Assembly: GCA_964016885.1 (NCBI GenBank)
Contig: OZ024746.1
Span: 20,894,001-20,958,000 of the forward strand
Source of the DNA: Eledone cirrhosa
Lineage: Eukaryota
Length of the DNA: 64,000 nucleotides
Reading direction: 5' to 3'
In this document: positions 1 through 16,695 of the stretch, piece by piece
Layout of the letters: each line of letters opens with the position of its first letter
Numbering within the stretch: position 1 is the first letter of the stretch
The notes under the pieces: model-generated
The model's database searches: none
The model's input: only the letters and a program-made list of their open reading frames with translations
Told to the model about the DNA's origin: nothing
Position numbers and translations under genes: made by a program

Positions 1-203
1 ACTTTTCAGACAACCCTCGTATATCTATTGATATGTAGATATACATCTGTTTGTATATAGACATATAAGTTCATATAATTATTAGATTCGTCTATATACT
101 TGCATAGTTATATTTCCGAACACAGACAACACCTTAAACAGGGGCTGGAAGCTAATTATGTAGAGATGATATTAAAATACATTCTTACTTTTCGGTAACT
201 AAA

Positions 204-658
204 CTATTGAATCAGTTTAAATCTGACCAATAGTTCATTTATGTTTATTGCCTCTGTGATTTGTCTAAACATTGCGTCTTTTCTGTGTGTAGATTCTATT
301 TTTATTTCTATGTTCTCTAATTTGCCCTTATGTTCTATTTTAAGCACACAACACACACAAAAACAAGCAGGCGTAGGACAGAACAAAGGAGAGGCACAAA
401 AACAAGCAGGCGTAGGACAGAACAAAGGAGAAGCACAAAAACAAAGAAAAGAATCTCCAGTCACCGAAGAGGTCACAGAATGTGTGACGAAAGAATTTTG
501 ACAATATATGAACAACCGTCCGGTTGTGGAACCAACCAACCAACCAACCAACCGGAAATTTATAAATTCTTAAATTTATAAATTTAATTTATAATAAATT
601 GGAGTGAAAGCAACTGGTGCGTGTGTTTCTTATTGGCAACATGACCCTCCCAAAGCAT

Positions 659-663
<5 letters not shown>
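204..663. mobile_element. 5'-inverted PLE fragment: GIY-YIG C-terminal remnant on minus (204-~345) joined to family-A pLTR on plus (~345-663), ending in (TA)n
   Basis: Minus ORF ends HKGKLENIEIKIESTHRKDAMFRQITEAININ, resembling the R-x-I-x-EA-x-x-I end of PLE endonucleases. The plus part matches 30713-30975 and 53950-54216 and includes a ~39-bp tandem duplication at ~356-443. Confidence 0.55.
459..503 (+). ncRNA. Decayed type I hammerhead ribozyme (family A)
   Basis: agtca-CCGAAGA-g-gtcaca/tgtgac-GAAA-gaatt-t-tgac. U4 is changed to C relative to the intact copies at 30773 and 54018. Confidence 0.55.
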
Positions 664-699
<36 letters not shown>

Positions 700-2475
700 C
701 CTTCAAAGCTACTCGAACGAATAAATTGACTGTAGTATATTACTTATTGATCTAATGAATATAACACTATAACAGCGAAACCACTTATAATATGCGCCAT
801 TTATTGTACGAAGGCGTTTCTCTCCTGTATACGTCATACAAGTTCACTTTAAAATCTTTCTTTTTCTATAAATGATATTGTTCTGAGTATCAATTAGGAT
901 TTCGTCACATCTAAGAGTTCAGAATTTATTGGAAGCATACTAATTAGAGGTAAACAGAAAACGTAAAAATGCTCTTATTATGAATCTATTTGTTGATAAA
1001 ACAGAACATTTACTATTATCTATAAAAACTAAGCTCATAGCATCGTCAATTATAATAACTACAGAGAAAAGCCATAGATATAAAAATAAAGGACAATAAC
1101 ATTATATAAATATTATGTTATGCAATATTCTGATTGAAGTAAAGCGTATTCTATACAGATTTAATCTATAGATGAGAACACCGTTCAATACGTAAAAAAG
1201 AATACTATTTTTAATTATATGAAACAACTGTTGTGGACGGCAGTATATCCAAGTAGGGAAGAAGTTCAGTTTACACTCATGGGGCTGCAAGCTCGATACC
1301 ACTGTCTGGTATCTTGGGTAAGTGTCTTTTACTATAGTTTCGTGTAGACGCAAACCTTATGAATAAAATATGGTAGTTGGAGGAATTTATCTTTAATGAA
1401 AAAGGCCAGCCTTGTGACACATAGCGGCACACTGAATCTCCCTGAGAATTATGTTAAGGGTTCGCATGTTTGCAGAATATTCAACCACTTACAAAATATA
1501 TTTTCGAACTGCTCATTCAGTTGATTGCACAACAGTCATGGTCGACACAAACGAAATTCCATTTGCTTACGTTATTTACAAAACTACTCCAAAGCTATTT
1601 TATGCTGAACATCATCGATCTTCATAGGGTTAGGTTTTAATAGTTATTTTCGATATCATGGAGGGACTAAAGGAACAGATTATCTTCACAGAGTGCTTAC
1701 TCATTATTTTAAAGTACCTATGTGTGGGCTATGAAATGCTTATACGTGAGTTCAAAACTGCTAAAACAAACCCAATAAAGATCTAAGATGCTCTTGCTGG
1801 ATAAAGGAAGACTGCCCATTGCAATAGAGCTATAATATCAGATTCACTGTGTACAAAGCCAAAGTTTTACCAATTACCGCCAACCATGCAGAAAGCAGTG
1901 AAGGATAAGTCGGGTATGATACAAGATCGATTTAAACAGCACTACTTTAATTCAATGTCATCCTGTTCTGAATTACGATTAGAGCACTTGATGATTCTAA
2001 GGTATATCTACTCCAAGATATTTCTATAAATTCTAGGAAAGATACTAACCTGTTTTATAAAAGAAATCCTGACAATGTATTTGTGTATTTACAAAAGCGT
2101 TATCAACTGGATTCCCAGTAATTTCTCATTCTTATTACAACTGGATTTTTGAGCACATCGAGCTTCAAAAACAGCAATATAAGAGATCCACCCTATATTC
2201 ACAGTAAAACACCTTCAAAAAGCATTAGGAATAGTACATACACATGATCTTGCATTCAAATCTGCAGTCAACATCACAAAGAGCAGATAAGAAATCCATC
2301 TATCCACAACAGTTCTTATAACACTATTGTTAAATTGTTTCTCTTCTTTTGATTCTCAGTTTACTGTTGTCAATATAAAAATTGATCATTGTAGATTCCT
2401 TACCTCATAAGAGAAGTTTTTAAATTGAAAACGTTTTCAATATTCAAACGTTATAATACACACACATACACACAC

Positions 2476-2507
<32 letters not shown>

Positions 2508-2580
2508 GTGTGTATATATACATATATATATATATACATATATATACATATATATGCATATATATATATAATTATATGTA

Positions 2581-3764
<1,184 letters not shown>

Positions 3765-5534
3765 CATACATACATACATACATACATACATACATACATA
3801 CATACATACATACATACATACATGCATACATACATACATACATACATACATACATACATGCATACATACAAACACCCATACATATATATTTATATACACA
3901 TATATATGTAAGTGTGTATACAGAGTGAGATAGTAGAGAGGAGTGAATGAAAGATATGAAGATATTCAGGCTCAATATCAGCTTGTAAATTTCTATATCT
4001 TATCTCACAAGTGATATAGCTATGTGTATATGTCGACAGTTACAACGAAAGCTAGCTCCCACGTGTCCTTTATGTGTATTCAAATATAACGCATCTCTTT
4101 CATTGATTTAACATATACACTCACCTGTAGATAAATATACGTATGTATGTACGTACATCCATCTCTCTCTCTCTCTCTCTCACTCATACACACTCTCTCT
4201 ATCTCTCACTCTCTCTCTCTCGCTCCCCCCCCCTCTCTATCTCTCTCTCTCTCTGTATATATATATATATATATTGGCAGAGGTCCGATAGTATTTTTTT
4301 CGGCTCTATGCTTTCTCATTTCAAATCCTGCCGAGCTAAACTTTGTTTTTCATTAGTTCGAGGTCGATAAATAAGAACCAGTCTAGAACTATAATCGATT
4401 ACAAAGACGTTTGATATCATATCGGTGACATCCCTTGCATATGAAGGCAGGCACTCCTCAATTTCCCAATTCGAGTAGAATGCCCCTCAACACACTTAAT
4501 GTTTGCAAAATTACAGACATACAGAGGTGGGGTGATAGGATCGTACACAAGAAGAAGAAGAAGAAGAAGAAGAAGAAGAAGAAGAAGAAGAAGAAGAAGA
4601 AGAAGAAGAATTTAATTAGTAGACAAATCATTTTCTAATTGTGTTCAGAAATGGCAGTTGGACACACAATCTCGAAATTGTAATTTATTGGAATCTATTA
4701 AATATGAAATATAGTTACTAATATATGTAAATTGGGAATGGATAAAAAAAAGGATGTTGACAAATACATAATGCAAAGCACATGATTTATACTTACATAT
4801 TTACAACATACAGAATATAGTTGAGTATTATTTCGAATAGAATAGAAAACACAAACCAAAACAGTAATCGATTTAAGCACCCAATGAGAGAAAAATTCCG
4901 AAGGTACATTTTATTGCATCATAAAATTATACATCTAAGAAAAGTACCAAAAATAGATAGTAGGTATGAATGTTCTCGATTTTCTTGCAAAAAAGATATA
5001 CTTTGATATACTCTGAAAAATAAAAATGACTATATTTATGATACTCCCCTCTAATTATATCAATGTCAAACGAAAGGGGATAGAGATCTTGTGCTCTTTG
5101 TACCTGTATCTATATAATATAGTGAAACAAAAGTTGGGAAAGCAAACCAAAATATTTCCATCTTCAAAGAAACTAATATAAAACATATAAGACGATAAGA
5201 AAGTTAAAATAGAAGCATTAAAAAAATAATGAAAAATTTAACATGAAATGAGATAATAAAAACGTCATGCAAAACGCTCTATCATGAGAGTGAATATATG
5301 CAACCCTAGCATTTGCTGAAATCCTCAGAAGTCAAAACATGTTGCTGCTCGAGATAAATTTCCCACTAAAAATGGTCAAAAACATATAATGAAACAGAGT
5401 GTAAAACTAAAAAGAGTGAAGTCCATGTAGTTTTGATCAAAACTAAGCATATAAAACGACGTGACTAAGTTGGATGTTTCATACACTGGAATATGAAATA
5501 TGCACTAAAAAGTAATGTTACAGCCCCACCCATA

Positions 5535-5601
<67 letters not shown>

Positions 5602-5722
5602 ATATGCAAGGAAAATGATAATAAAAAAGGGTTTGAAAAGTGGACCTGGTATATATATAAAGGATCTTTATATCATGTACAAAAATTGATGTTTAGTAAA
5701 GCTTATATACATATATATATAT

Positions 5723-5777
<55 letters not shown>

Positions 5778-7562
5778 CGTGTGTGTGTCAGAAACCAGAA
5801 AATTATAACGTGATCATATTTTGAGATATATCAACACACATATACACATACTCAGCCACACATAAGGCATGCACATACATGCACCTAGGGTGATTTGGAA
5901 GAATTTCTCAGTTAGTAATCTTGAATACTTTAGGAATATAGCTTCAAATTAACGCATAAATTCCAACGAACAACAATATATATAAATATATTTTGGAAAG
6001 CTAAACACGCGCGCACAGACAAAGACATACAAACGGATAGAGACACACAGACACAGACACACAGATACAGACACATAGACAGAGACAGAAACACACACAA
6101 AGACACTGACAGACGCACAGACACAGATACAAACAGACACAGTTATAGACATACACATTCACACACACACACAATATATGTAAAAGTAATTGAGAAAATA
6201 TCCTATATATATAATTTAGTAGAAATAGAGATATCTAAACTGCGAGGATGACAAACAGAAAAGATCATAACAAGGCTTCGGGGATAATGAAAATATGCGG
6301 GAAATGTATCAACAAAATCCTATAATTTGTAAACATGAAAATATCGGGAAAATAACACCACTGGGTATTGTATATATTTGAAGTAAATTAGACTCAATTT
6401 AATATACACAAACACACACACAAAATAAAACGCAACAAAGCTATGAGGATTATGGATAGCTTCCAAGCTATGTTGTTACGTATTCAATTCCACTACACAT
6501 AACCTTTGACAATAAAAAGTAAATTACTGACCTTTGTTTCCTTATAGCATGTATATTTATGAATATCTTTGTGCTGGGAGAAGGATTTCATAATAGAGAG
6601 CCCATTACTAGAACAAAAGCTTAATAAGGCCTCTCGGTTTGCATTTCGATCGCTATTTTCTATGTCAGATGATCAGAGCCAACACGTGCATTGAAGTCTC
6701 CCAGTAAGATATATGAATCATTCTTAACTACATAGAGCGTAGCAATTACCTTATCAAGGTAGGATCTGGCCACAGTTCATAATCCAATATTCACTTTATA
6801 TCATTTAAAAAAAAGTTTGCTTCTTTCCCTTCACAATATTGTTATTTCAATGGGGCTGATTCCGGTTTGAAAAGATATATACCAATATAAATATACATTT
6901 TATTTACCTCTTGTAGGTATTGGTGCACTTGAGCAAATATCAAATATCAAAGCATCAAAATATTGCAGCGGTTTCAGTCATTAGACTGCAGCTGTGCAGG
7001 TACATGGCCTTGAAATCATACGTAATCATGCATATATATAGCACGTTGGTTTTGTAAATATTACTCATTTATCATATGAAATCAAGCCCTCAAAAGTAAT
7101 ATTGCGTGAAATTCACTACATTTGCAAAGATAAATCTCGGTGTATCGAACTGTGTTTAATCCACAGTTGAATATTATATTTACAATAGCAATATATCAAA
7201 TATTGGTTTTGGATACACACAAGCAAACCACAATGGTTTTATGAAATGCAAACGAATTTTGATTGTGGCCAATTTATGTGTTCCCTTCGGTATATTATCT
7301 ATAAAGCAGCAACTAAGAAGCTGTACACCGTTAACACAGTTTATGATATTGCTATATTTCATTCCAAAAGTGGGTGTGTATATATCAGGATCATGTATTT
7401 AAAAAAAATCTAATTAACTCTCCTTTCTTCAACAATACCTGGATATGGCACATGAACATCACATCTTGCCATTAAGTTCTATTTCAAAATATATCAAATA
7501 AAACACCAATTAGAGTTTCGGTTAGAACACTAATGATTCAGCATACGTATATATATATATAT

Positions 7563-8055
<493 letters not shown>

Positions 8056-8058
8056 TTA

Positions 8059-8113
<55 letters not shown>

Positions 8114-9399
8114 TTAATGTGTGTGTGTGTGTGTATATTCTCTATTGTAAATAGATAATAATATATATTTAAACATAATTCTTTTATTATCCTCGCTGTT
8201 TCTTCAATGGCTGCAAATGGTTTTGTCAGACCGAGGTTCGACATGTATTCTTTCAAACTCATCTAATGAACTTAACTTATATGCTGAAAGAACGATAATA
8301 CATTAAAGGTGATTGGTATGCAAGATTATGCTTTTAGGACATTTACATACTTGATTTGTGTAATCTGCCCATATATTATGATACATTAATGGCTGAGAGT
8401 TTTAAACATGATTATCGTTTTACAGTGTACATTTGCTTCTTAATATATTATTAAAACTTATGATAAAAATATACATGTTTTTGATGAGATTATAGGAGAA
8501 ATGAAACTATGACAACCAATAGTGCAACAATTCCAGTAGCAGTATAAAATATTGAACAATATAAAGTAGCTATATTTTATGTGAAAACTACAAAATATTG
8601 ACACATAGCCATTGTTTATGAACCTAAACAACGCAGTTATTTTTCATATGTGATGCGGTTTCTGAAGTTAGCAGACATAGTAACGCTGCACTTTGAATTG
8701 TTTTTCTTTTTGTTTTGATATGCACTATTGAAGATTTCACAAAAGAAAAACAAAGGCAGTTTTATAGAAATGAAGAAAAGAAATCAACAGCAAAAATATC
8801 TAAAACTATTGATTTTCAGAGTGAAGGCGTAAAACATTGATGGAATCATGTGTAGTTCTAGTTAGCTAATTTGGCCTTTGTCTTTCGCTAATGTTCCTGA
8901 CCATGTTAATCAATATTGTTTTGTCTGAATTACAACGCTATTTTTCATTTCCATATTTTCATTGACGATAACCGAAGACACTTTGTTTTTAAAGACGCAG
9001 TGCTAATTAAATGCTTTCCAAAAGGTAATAGGAACGTTAACCGTTTAAATTCGACAAGCTACATTTTGATGCTCACGATCAATCTTCTGTTATTTATAAC
9101 GTCAACAGTAGTCCCAATTCATTAACCCTTTAGATCAGTCTGCGCCAATACAAGACACAATTTGTATGGATGCGATATAATCTATTTTCTGGACTGCTAA
9201 ACACTCGTGAAAGTAATTTTAACGATTCTAAAATGATAAGAGATACTGTGTTGCTGGACGAGCTTTTAAATCAGAATATACTGGTGTAAATAATACCTGC
9301 GATGAAGTATCCAGTCGGTTAGTAATTCAAACAATCTCCACTATATTTACACTTTAAACCTTAGGGCATGCTAGACAAAAGTAAAACAATATGAAAACG

Positions 9400-10200
9400 G
9401 AACTACACAACACACTAAAAGAGAAATGGAAACAAAATCCATTCCTTGGCTTCACTTGTAAGCCAAAATAAAAGTCCACAATAAATTAAAAGCTCCAGAA
9501 AAAAAGCAGAACTGGAAAGACGGATTCTCGCAGCACAAGATCAATGTTTAACTCCAAACAACTATCAAATCAAAATAATCAAAGCGGATTGAAACCAGTA
9601 CAAAGAGACAGTTGACCACATCATCTTCGGCTGCCCACTCCTTGCCAAGTCTAATATGTATACATAAACATGTTTGAGTTGGCAGCTATATCCACTGGGT
9701 AATGTTAATAAAGCTTGAACGTGAAAACGAATAAGACTTTGTGAAAAATATTTACCAAGCATGATACATAGCAACAGCCTGACCACAATTATCTTGGATA
9801 GGGCCGTCCCAACTAAAAAAACAAATAAAGGCAAAACATCAAAGCTTAATAAACAAGATCTGGAAACTCGTATGCACACTGATAGATATCACAATTTCTT
9901 CTGACCAACATATTGCTCAAAAGGAAGTGGAAAAAAGGTCAAAATACAAGTATCTTAAAATCGAAATATACAAAAGATATGGCGTATGGAGGTAAAGAGA
10001 GTACCAATAATGATCTGAATACTGGGTATGGTAGAAATGAACAAAAACATAGAAAAATAACCGGTGTTCACAACACTATATCCTATACAGAATGTATCCC
10101 TTTGGAACAGACCACATGCACAAAACCTTATCGAAACAATAGCACATTCAAATACTACTAAAATTGCACAGGAAACTAGAAAGTCAACTCTGTAACAAAA
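9400..10200 (+). pseudogene. Decayed R4/Dong-like non-LTR retrotransposon 3' region (CCHC remnant plus RLE endonuclease)
   Basis: Manual translation gives ILAAQDQCLTPNNYQIKIIK*..ETVDHIIFGCPLLAKS and CTLIDITISSDQHIAQKEVEKRSKYKYLKIEI..W..VPIMI*ILGMV, with stops and frameshifts. Confidence 0.75.
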
Positions 10201-10678
10201 CATGACTGATGCAGAACATTACGTAGTTTCTGTATAATAAAACTATTATTATCTACAGCAATTACAACCACATTTCGTAATAGGCCATGCCTCACCTTCT
10301 CCTTATGTATCTCAAATATAACCACCCCCACCCAACAAATAGCCAACGAAACAAAATAAGCCTTAAAACATTTAGCCTAACGGCGTGATGCCGTGCACTG
10401 GGAAACTTGTATCAGAAAAAAACATAGCCTATACATCACAACAAGAACCAAACTATTATTGAAATAAGCGAAATGGTTGAAGGATGAATATTACATAAAC
10501 ACGATATCTAAAAGCAATATAAAATTAAGCACATATTCAAACCACATTATAAAAACACACACACACATATATACACATATAGAGACAGATATAAATGCAC
10601 AAATAAGATCAAAATAGGCAAATAGAGATTTGCAATCGCAAACTTCAAAGAGCAGGAACGCTAAACACAGGGCATATA

Positions 10679-10766
<88 letters not shown>

Positions 10767-10770
<4 letters not shown>

Positions 10771-10878
10771 TAAAACCAATAAAATAAAAACAAAGAACAA
10801 GTTCCTTATATCAAAAAATTCATCATTTTACGATCGTTTCTGGGATGTATATGTGTGTTGGTGTGTATATCATATAGA

Positions 10879-10882
<4 letters not shown>
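10767..10882 (-). mobile_element. 3'-terminal pLTR fragment of the PLE family at 25.36 kb (3' half of hammerhead) in (TA)n
   Basis: Near-identical to 25361-25476, including GAAA-cgatcg-TA^aaatgatga on minus; (TA)n on both sides. Confidence 0.75.
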
Positions 10883-10946
<64 letters not shown>

Positions 10947-12809
10947 TATTGCATTTTATGATTATGCTCATGCTCATGGTCACAGAGTTTCCCAAATACT
11001 TCTGAGCATTAGAGGAGAAAACTGACTTGAATCTAATATTAGAGGTTGTAATCTTCAAACGTAGAAAGGTTGATCACTGAGGGTTTATATATACACACAC
11101 TAACTGGGTGACTTTTAGAGATCCATTTAGTGTTATATAGAGAGAGAAAGAACGAGATAAAGAAGATAAAGTGATCGAGAGGAGCAAACAAGCGGTGATA
11201 TTTAAGATGTATAGATAGTAGACGACTAGGTAAACAGAAAGAGAGACGTGTAGAGAGTGCTTGTGCGTGTGAGTGTGTGTTTGTGAGTGGTCGTAGAGGT
11301 GTACATGTGTATGCGTGCGTGTGTAGGAGAGAGAAAGAGAAAAGAAGAAAGAGGGAATGAGAGAAAGAAAAATAAACAGAGAGAAAAAAAGAAAGCAAAG
11401 AAAGAGATAGAGAGTGAGAAAGAGAGAAATAAAGAGAAAAGGCAAAGAGACAGATAGAGAGAAAGAAAAGAGAGAGAAAAAGATAGAGAAAGAAAGAAAT
11501 AGAAAAAAGAGTGTGAACGAAGAAACGATTTTCAAGTGGTAGTTGTAAAACAACAACAACAAGAAACATTTATGTTTAAACCAAAAATATGTGCAAAGGC
11601 AAATACAGCTGTAATCTTTGGTTCGGTAAGTGAAAGCTTTAGAATAGAAAATGTTATAATAAACAACTTTAGGGCATATGCGAGAAATAGTTTGCTAGTG
11701 GTTGGAGGACTTTATATACACAGTTTAGTTGATGAAAGTCATTTAAATGAAATTGTAGCAATTGTACAAAGCACTTTATATTAAACACAGTGTGTCAGAT
11801 TTAAAATCGCTGTGGGGTCAACTTGTTTTCACCGTTCCTGTTCGATAGAATAAGTATTAGCAATATACTGATATAGTGTAACCGATTAATTCAACTATTT
11901 ACCGTGCCGATAAACACTGACCTCGTGTCAAGTAACATGAATCGAATTAACTGCGACACACTATCTTTGAATTATTAATGCAGCTTATGAAATATTTTGA
12001 TCCGGCTTCTGTGTCTACGACAGCATATATGAACAGACATAAACGAAATTTATAAGGTATAAACAGTTAATACGCAGCGAATTCGTATTCGCAGCAGTAT
12101 TCCTCCTGGCTCTCTCATTTCAAATCCCACCGAGGTCAATTTTGCCTTACATTCATTGGAGGTCGATAAAAAAGTACCAGTTTAGTACTGTGATCGATTC
12201 TTCCTCTATATATCTTTCTCATTTTTTTTTCACTTTCTATACTTCTTTTGTAGAAATCTGCTGTACTCAGGCATGGAGAGGGGATGGGCTCCGTCAGATT
12301 TAAGAACGCTCTAAGAAACGCCATATGTCAATATGGTGCTCCTACAACTTCCCCAGGAGTTATGGGTCCATACCAAACAGGGATTAAATATTACTATTAC
12401 TAATCATTTATAAGGCTGACAGATGTCAAAATCCGTTGCGTATTGCCTTATTTAATTAAGATACTATGTTCTGTGTCCATCTCCTGCTGAAATAAACTTT
12501 ACGCTTCACCATCCCGGAGGTCAATTACTTAAAATACGTATTAGTGAATTCGATTTAATCAAATATATAAGATTCCACAAAAGGGGTGATTTTGCCTAAT
12601 TCAGTAACGTTGTTAATCAATTAAGAAAAGAATGGATTACAACAGAAACAATACCACGAAATTTATACTACTGCAATAGCTACCACATGATTATCGTTTA
12701 ATTCCATGCAAATTCATTCACTTATATTATAAAAAAATAGATGTTATTGCAGACAATTTGATCCAGTATAGTATGATAATATTTCAAATACAAAATATAT
12801 TTCAAATAC

Positions 12810-12968
12810 AAAAAAGTCAATCAAGAAGATTTTTTAAAAACCGAATCCACTTAAAGAAGGAATCGTTCATTCAAGCTTTCACTCAGAAGGAAAAAAGTCA
12901 ACCAAGAAGATATTTTTTAAAACCGAATCCACTTAAAGAAGGATTCGTTCATTCAAGCTTTCACTCAG
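12810..12968. repeat. Two tandem copies of ~80 bp
   Basis: aaaagtcaa..caagaaga..ccgaatccacttaaagaagga.tcgttcattcaagctttcactcag occurs twice. Confidence 0.8.
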
Positions 12969-13506
12969 CTAGGATTTAAGAAGGTTATTATGATGTTGAA
13001 CGTTTTGTAATGTAAATTGCATGTGGAGAATACAAATATAAACTAACTCTTTAATAATATGACTCTTCACATTCAATTCAATTCCAACAAACACAAAGAA
13101 AAGCTGAAATTGATTTCAGATTTTTCCTTACCTACTTTAACGAGAACATTGCAATTCCCAACACACACTATGTATGGCAGTCTTCATATTTCAGATACAT
13201 GAAACTATTTAGATACACAAAACATCTATCTACATGTATTAGAGGCAAATAGAATTAAATCCGATAAAATTGAGTATAATACATTAAAAGGGAGATGAGA
13301 ATATTGATAACGACATATCGATAATATATTTCGCAGAAATATTAAACTGATAATTTATACCGATATTCAACCCTGTATTAAACTAAAATGGTAGTTTAAT
13401 GTGTGAAGCACGGACAACGTTTTAGGAGAGATTACATAGCTTCAAAACATTTGCAGCATCTCAATATATATGACAGCAGTTATCTTGCATTAATTTGACT
13501 CTTTCT

Positions 13507-13575
<69 letters not shown>

Positions 13576-13686
13576 CATATAATATGTGTGTATATGTATA
13601 TTTGTATACATATCTCTACCTCTATCTATTTATCTATCGTATCATGCATGTGTGAAACACCTCATGCTATTCTGATGTGGTCAACC

Positions 13687-13771
<85 letters not shown>

Positions 13772-13773
13772 AC

Positions 13774-14342
13774 TTATAAAGTTAAACTGTCTCTGATACA
13801 TAGATATCTCAATGAAAGGATGATATATTAATAAATTATCTACTCAGAGAAGTAATACAATATATCAAACTTAAGCCAAAATCTCAATTTAGTAGGATAT
13901 AAGCTAGACTGATTAAAATAAGTCCGTTTTACTTATACAGTTCTCCGACCATGGTTTCTGGAACTTAAAAAAAAAAGAAATATTAATCGTTCCAAGACAT
14001 CGGAATAACCAATATTGGAAGAATTACAGTTCCTTCATAGGGAGGAGAATTGTTTGGAATAAGGAGAGACATTGAATATATATCACAGATACCATGTCGT
14101 TGCCGAACCGCATGGTGTTAACGTCTTGCCTCGCTATGTGTGTGAGTGTCCGTATAGGTGTACATGCGCATGAATAAGCGCGCATGTGTATGCGTTCATG
14201 TGTATACGGTATTGTATAATTAAGATTTTCAGATTTTGGCTTGAGTTTAATATATTTTATTACTTCTCTGAGTAGATAATTTCTTAATATATCTTATCCT
14301 TTTATTGAGATGTCTACATATTAGAGGTAGTTAACATTATAA
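13774..14342. mobile_element. Older, diverged fold-back element (arms 13774-13884 / 14231-14342) with a decayed hammerhead at 13943-14044 (-)
   Basis: Imperfect ~110-bp inverted repeat starting beside (TA)n. Minus strand: ctcc-CT(G)ATGA-aggaact...agttcca-GAAA-ccatgg-TC^ggag. Confidence 0.6.
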
Positions 14343-14387
14343 CTAGCTCAGATATCAAGGAGTTTGTCCAAATAGATCCGATACTTT

Positions 14388-14640
14388 TCTGAATTGAGAG
14401 ATCACAGCTCCGATATTATGGGCATGTGGTTAGAATGTCTTAAAAAAGAATCGTTGGACAGATTTTACAGGCAAAACCAGCTTACAGGAAACCCCGGAGT
14501 AGACCCCGAGTAAGATGGTTGGATAACATCCATGATCTTGGGTGGTTTCGCTTGGGGATCCAGCTGAATCAGTTAGAGACGGAGTGTTCGAGGACTCTGC
14601 CCCAACGACTCTCACAGGAATAAGTGAGCGAAGAAGAGGA
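14388..14640 (+). mobile_element. RTE-clade (Expander/Rex3-like) LINE 3' end
   Basis: Translates IERSQLRYYGHVVRMS*KRIVGQILQAKP..RSRPRVRWLDNIHDLGWFRLGI. Homologous pieces at ~21440-21530 and 37385-37605. Confidence 0.75.
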
Positions 14641-14811
14641 ATATCTCAAAACTTTGCCAATACACGACACTGCACTGATACTTTGTTTTGCCTTTTGGAA
14701 GATGAAAGCCAAAATCAACTTGATTGATTTTGGACATAAAAAGAAAAGATTCGGAAATAACAGCCCCAAGTAAATTATTTCTGTGCGATTGACGAAGTAT
14801 CCTTCCATTCA

Positions 14812-14872
<61 letters not shown>

Positions 14873-14878
<6 letters not shown>

Positions 14879-15354
14879 TAAATCCACCAAGCCGTATGAA
14901 GAACTCAATGTAATCCGTATGTAGAAGATGTCGTGAGGCAAAGTTTAAAATACAAAATGTCGACGATATAATTCATTGGAAGCAGAGTAAAAATAATACA
15001 AATAGTGAAAACAATGAAATTAAACAAAATACGGATAATTCATGGTAAAACTCATTATTTTACGATCGTTTCTGGAGGGTAGTTCTCCGTATGTTCATTC
15101 TATTTGTGATCTGTGTAAAATATATTACAAATGATCAAAGTAAGAAAATATACATACGTCTTCCCTACCCGCCATCTTCAGAAAAATTTAGGGTAGGGAA
15201 GACGTATGTATATTTTCTTACTTTGATAATTTATAATATATTTTACACAGATCACTAATAGAATGAACATACGGAGAACTACCCCCAGAAACGATCGTAA
15301 AATAATAGTTTTACTATGAATTATCCGTATTTTGTTTAATTTCATTGTTTTCAC

Positions 15355-15358
<4 letters not shown>
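14873..15358. mobile_element. Fold-back PLE pLTR element: arms 15001-15170 / 15191-15358, ~128-bp tail at 14873-15000
   Basis: ~170-bp inverted repeat with few mismatches, 20-nt spacer and (TA)n on both sides. Related to the pLTR at 25.36-25.55 kb. Confidence 0.8.
15055..15188 (-). ncRNA. Type I hammerhead ribozyme with ~110-nt stem II
   Basis: Minus strand: ttt-CTGAAGA-tgg-c-gggtag...ctaccc-t-cca-GAAA-cgatcg-TA^aaa. Stem III ACGATCGT is a palindrome; stem I is short in this copy. Confidence 0.65.
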
Positions 15359-15430
<72 letters not shown>

Positions 15431-15735
15431 GTATATATGTATATATATATGTAAGCGCTCTAAGCGCTCCCGCCATAACAACACTTTTTGAACTGCTTAT
15501 CCTCAAGAACTATGCCTGTAAATAATATTATTCTTTCTTTCCCATTACCTTACCATGTTCCACATCACCCCCTTTTTTTTTACTTCAAAAACCTTGTTTG
15601 TAAATAATATTATTCTTTCTTTCCCATTTCCTTAACATGTTCAACATCACCTTATCTTCTCTCCTACATTTTATACCAATACCAATTCCTCCCTTTGATA
15701 ATGTAGAAAATGCTGAAACCGGTAATTGACAAATT

Positions 15736-15921
15736 ATTAAATAAATAAATTAATAAATAAATAAATCAATGCTATTGTTAATTAATAAATAAATTAACTA
15801 ATACCTTAACACTTCACACAAAGTAAAATATTTTGTTTTAGACATTTTCTAAACCAGAAAAAAGAGAAAAAAATAAAGGAAAAAAAAATATTTTTCTTCC
15901 TAATAATCGTTTTTTCTCCCT

Positions 15922-15995
<74 letters not shown>

Positions 15996-16402
15996 ACACT
16001 CACATAACACATACACACACATATATATATATATACTGTATATATATATATATATATATATGTATATGTCTTCTATATGCACACGCATATATATATATAT
16101 ATATGCGTGTGTATATAGAAGACATATACATATATATATATCAATATATATACAGTATATATATATATGTGTGTATGTGTGTATGTGTGTATGTGTGTAT
16201 GTGTGTGTGTGTGTGTAAATAGGGAGAAAAAAACGATTATTAGGAAGAAAAAATGTTTTTTTTCTTTATTTTTTCTCTTTTTTTCTGGGTTAGAAAATGT
16301 TTAAAACAAAATATTTTACTTTGTGTGAAGTGTTAAGGTATTAGTTAATTTATTTATTAATTAACAATAGCATTTATTTATTTATTAATTTATTTATTTA
16401 AT
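15736..16402. repeat. ~330-bp-arm palindrome centred on a (TA)n tract at ~16095
   Basis: Unique sequence at 15736-15925 is mirrored at 16216-16402, and the internal (CA)n/(TA)n blocks are mirrored too. Confidence 0.85.
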
Positions 16403-16597
16403 TCCTGGGTCCTGTATTTTCGTTGCTCTAGTGATGCAGCTGGACTGCCGACCGCTATATCTGATTTGCTAAGCTGTCTGAACGTAATGTTATTACTCTG
16501 GGGTCTTTCCTCATCTGAGTGGTCAAGCTACAGACCGATTATGCATATACGCTAGCTTGGCCGTATTCTAAAGCTTCGTCAATGCTGTACTAAAATG

Positions 16598-16648
16598 TAT
16601 ATATATATATATATTTATATGTATATGTATATGTCTTCTATATACACA

Positions 16649-16695
<47 letters not shown>

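Noticed and set aside
1850-2300. Possible LINE RT relic (IFTVKHLQK..LAF)
   Set aside because: Single weak motif only.
7189-7369. Possible host exon (AG..GT, open frame QYIKYWFWIHTSK...IFHSK)
   Set aside because: No recognisable homology or partner exons; needs RNA-seq or BLASTx.
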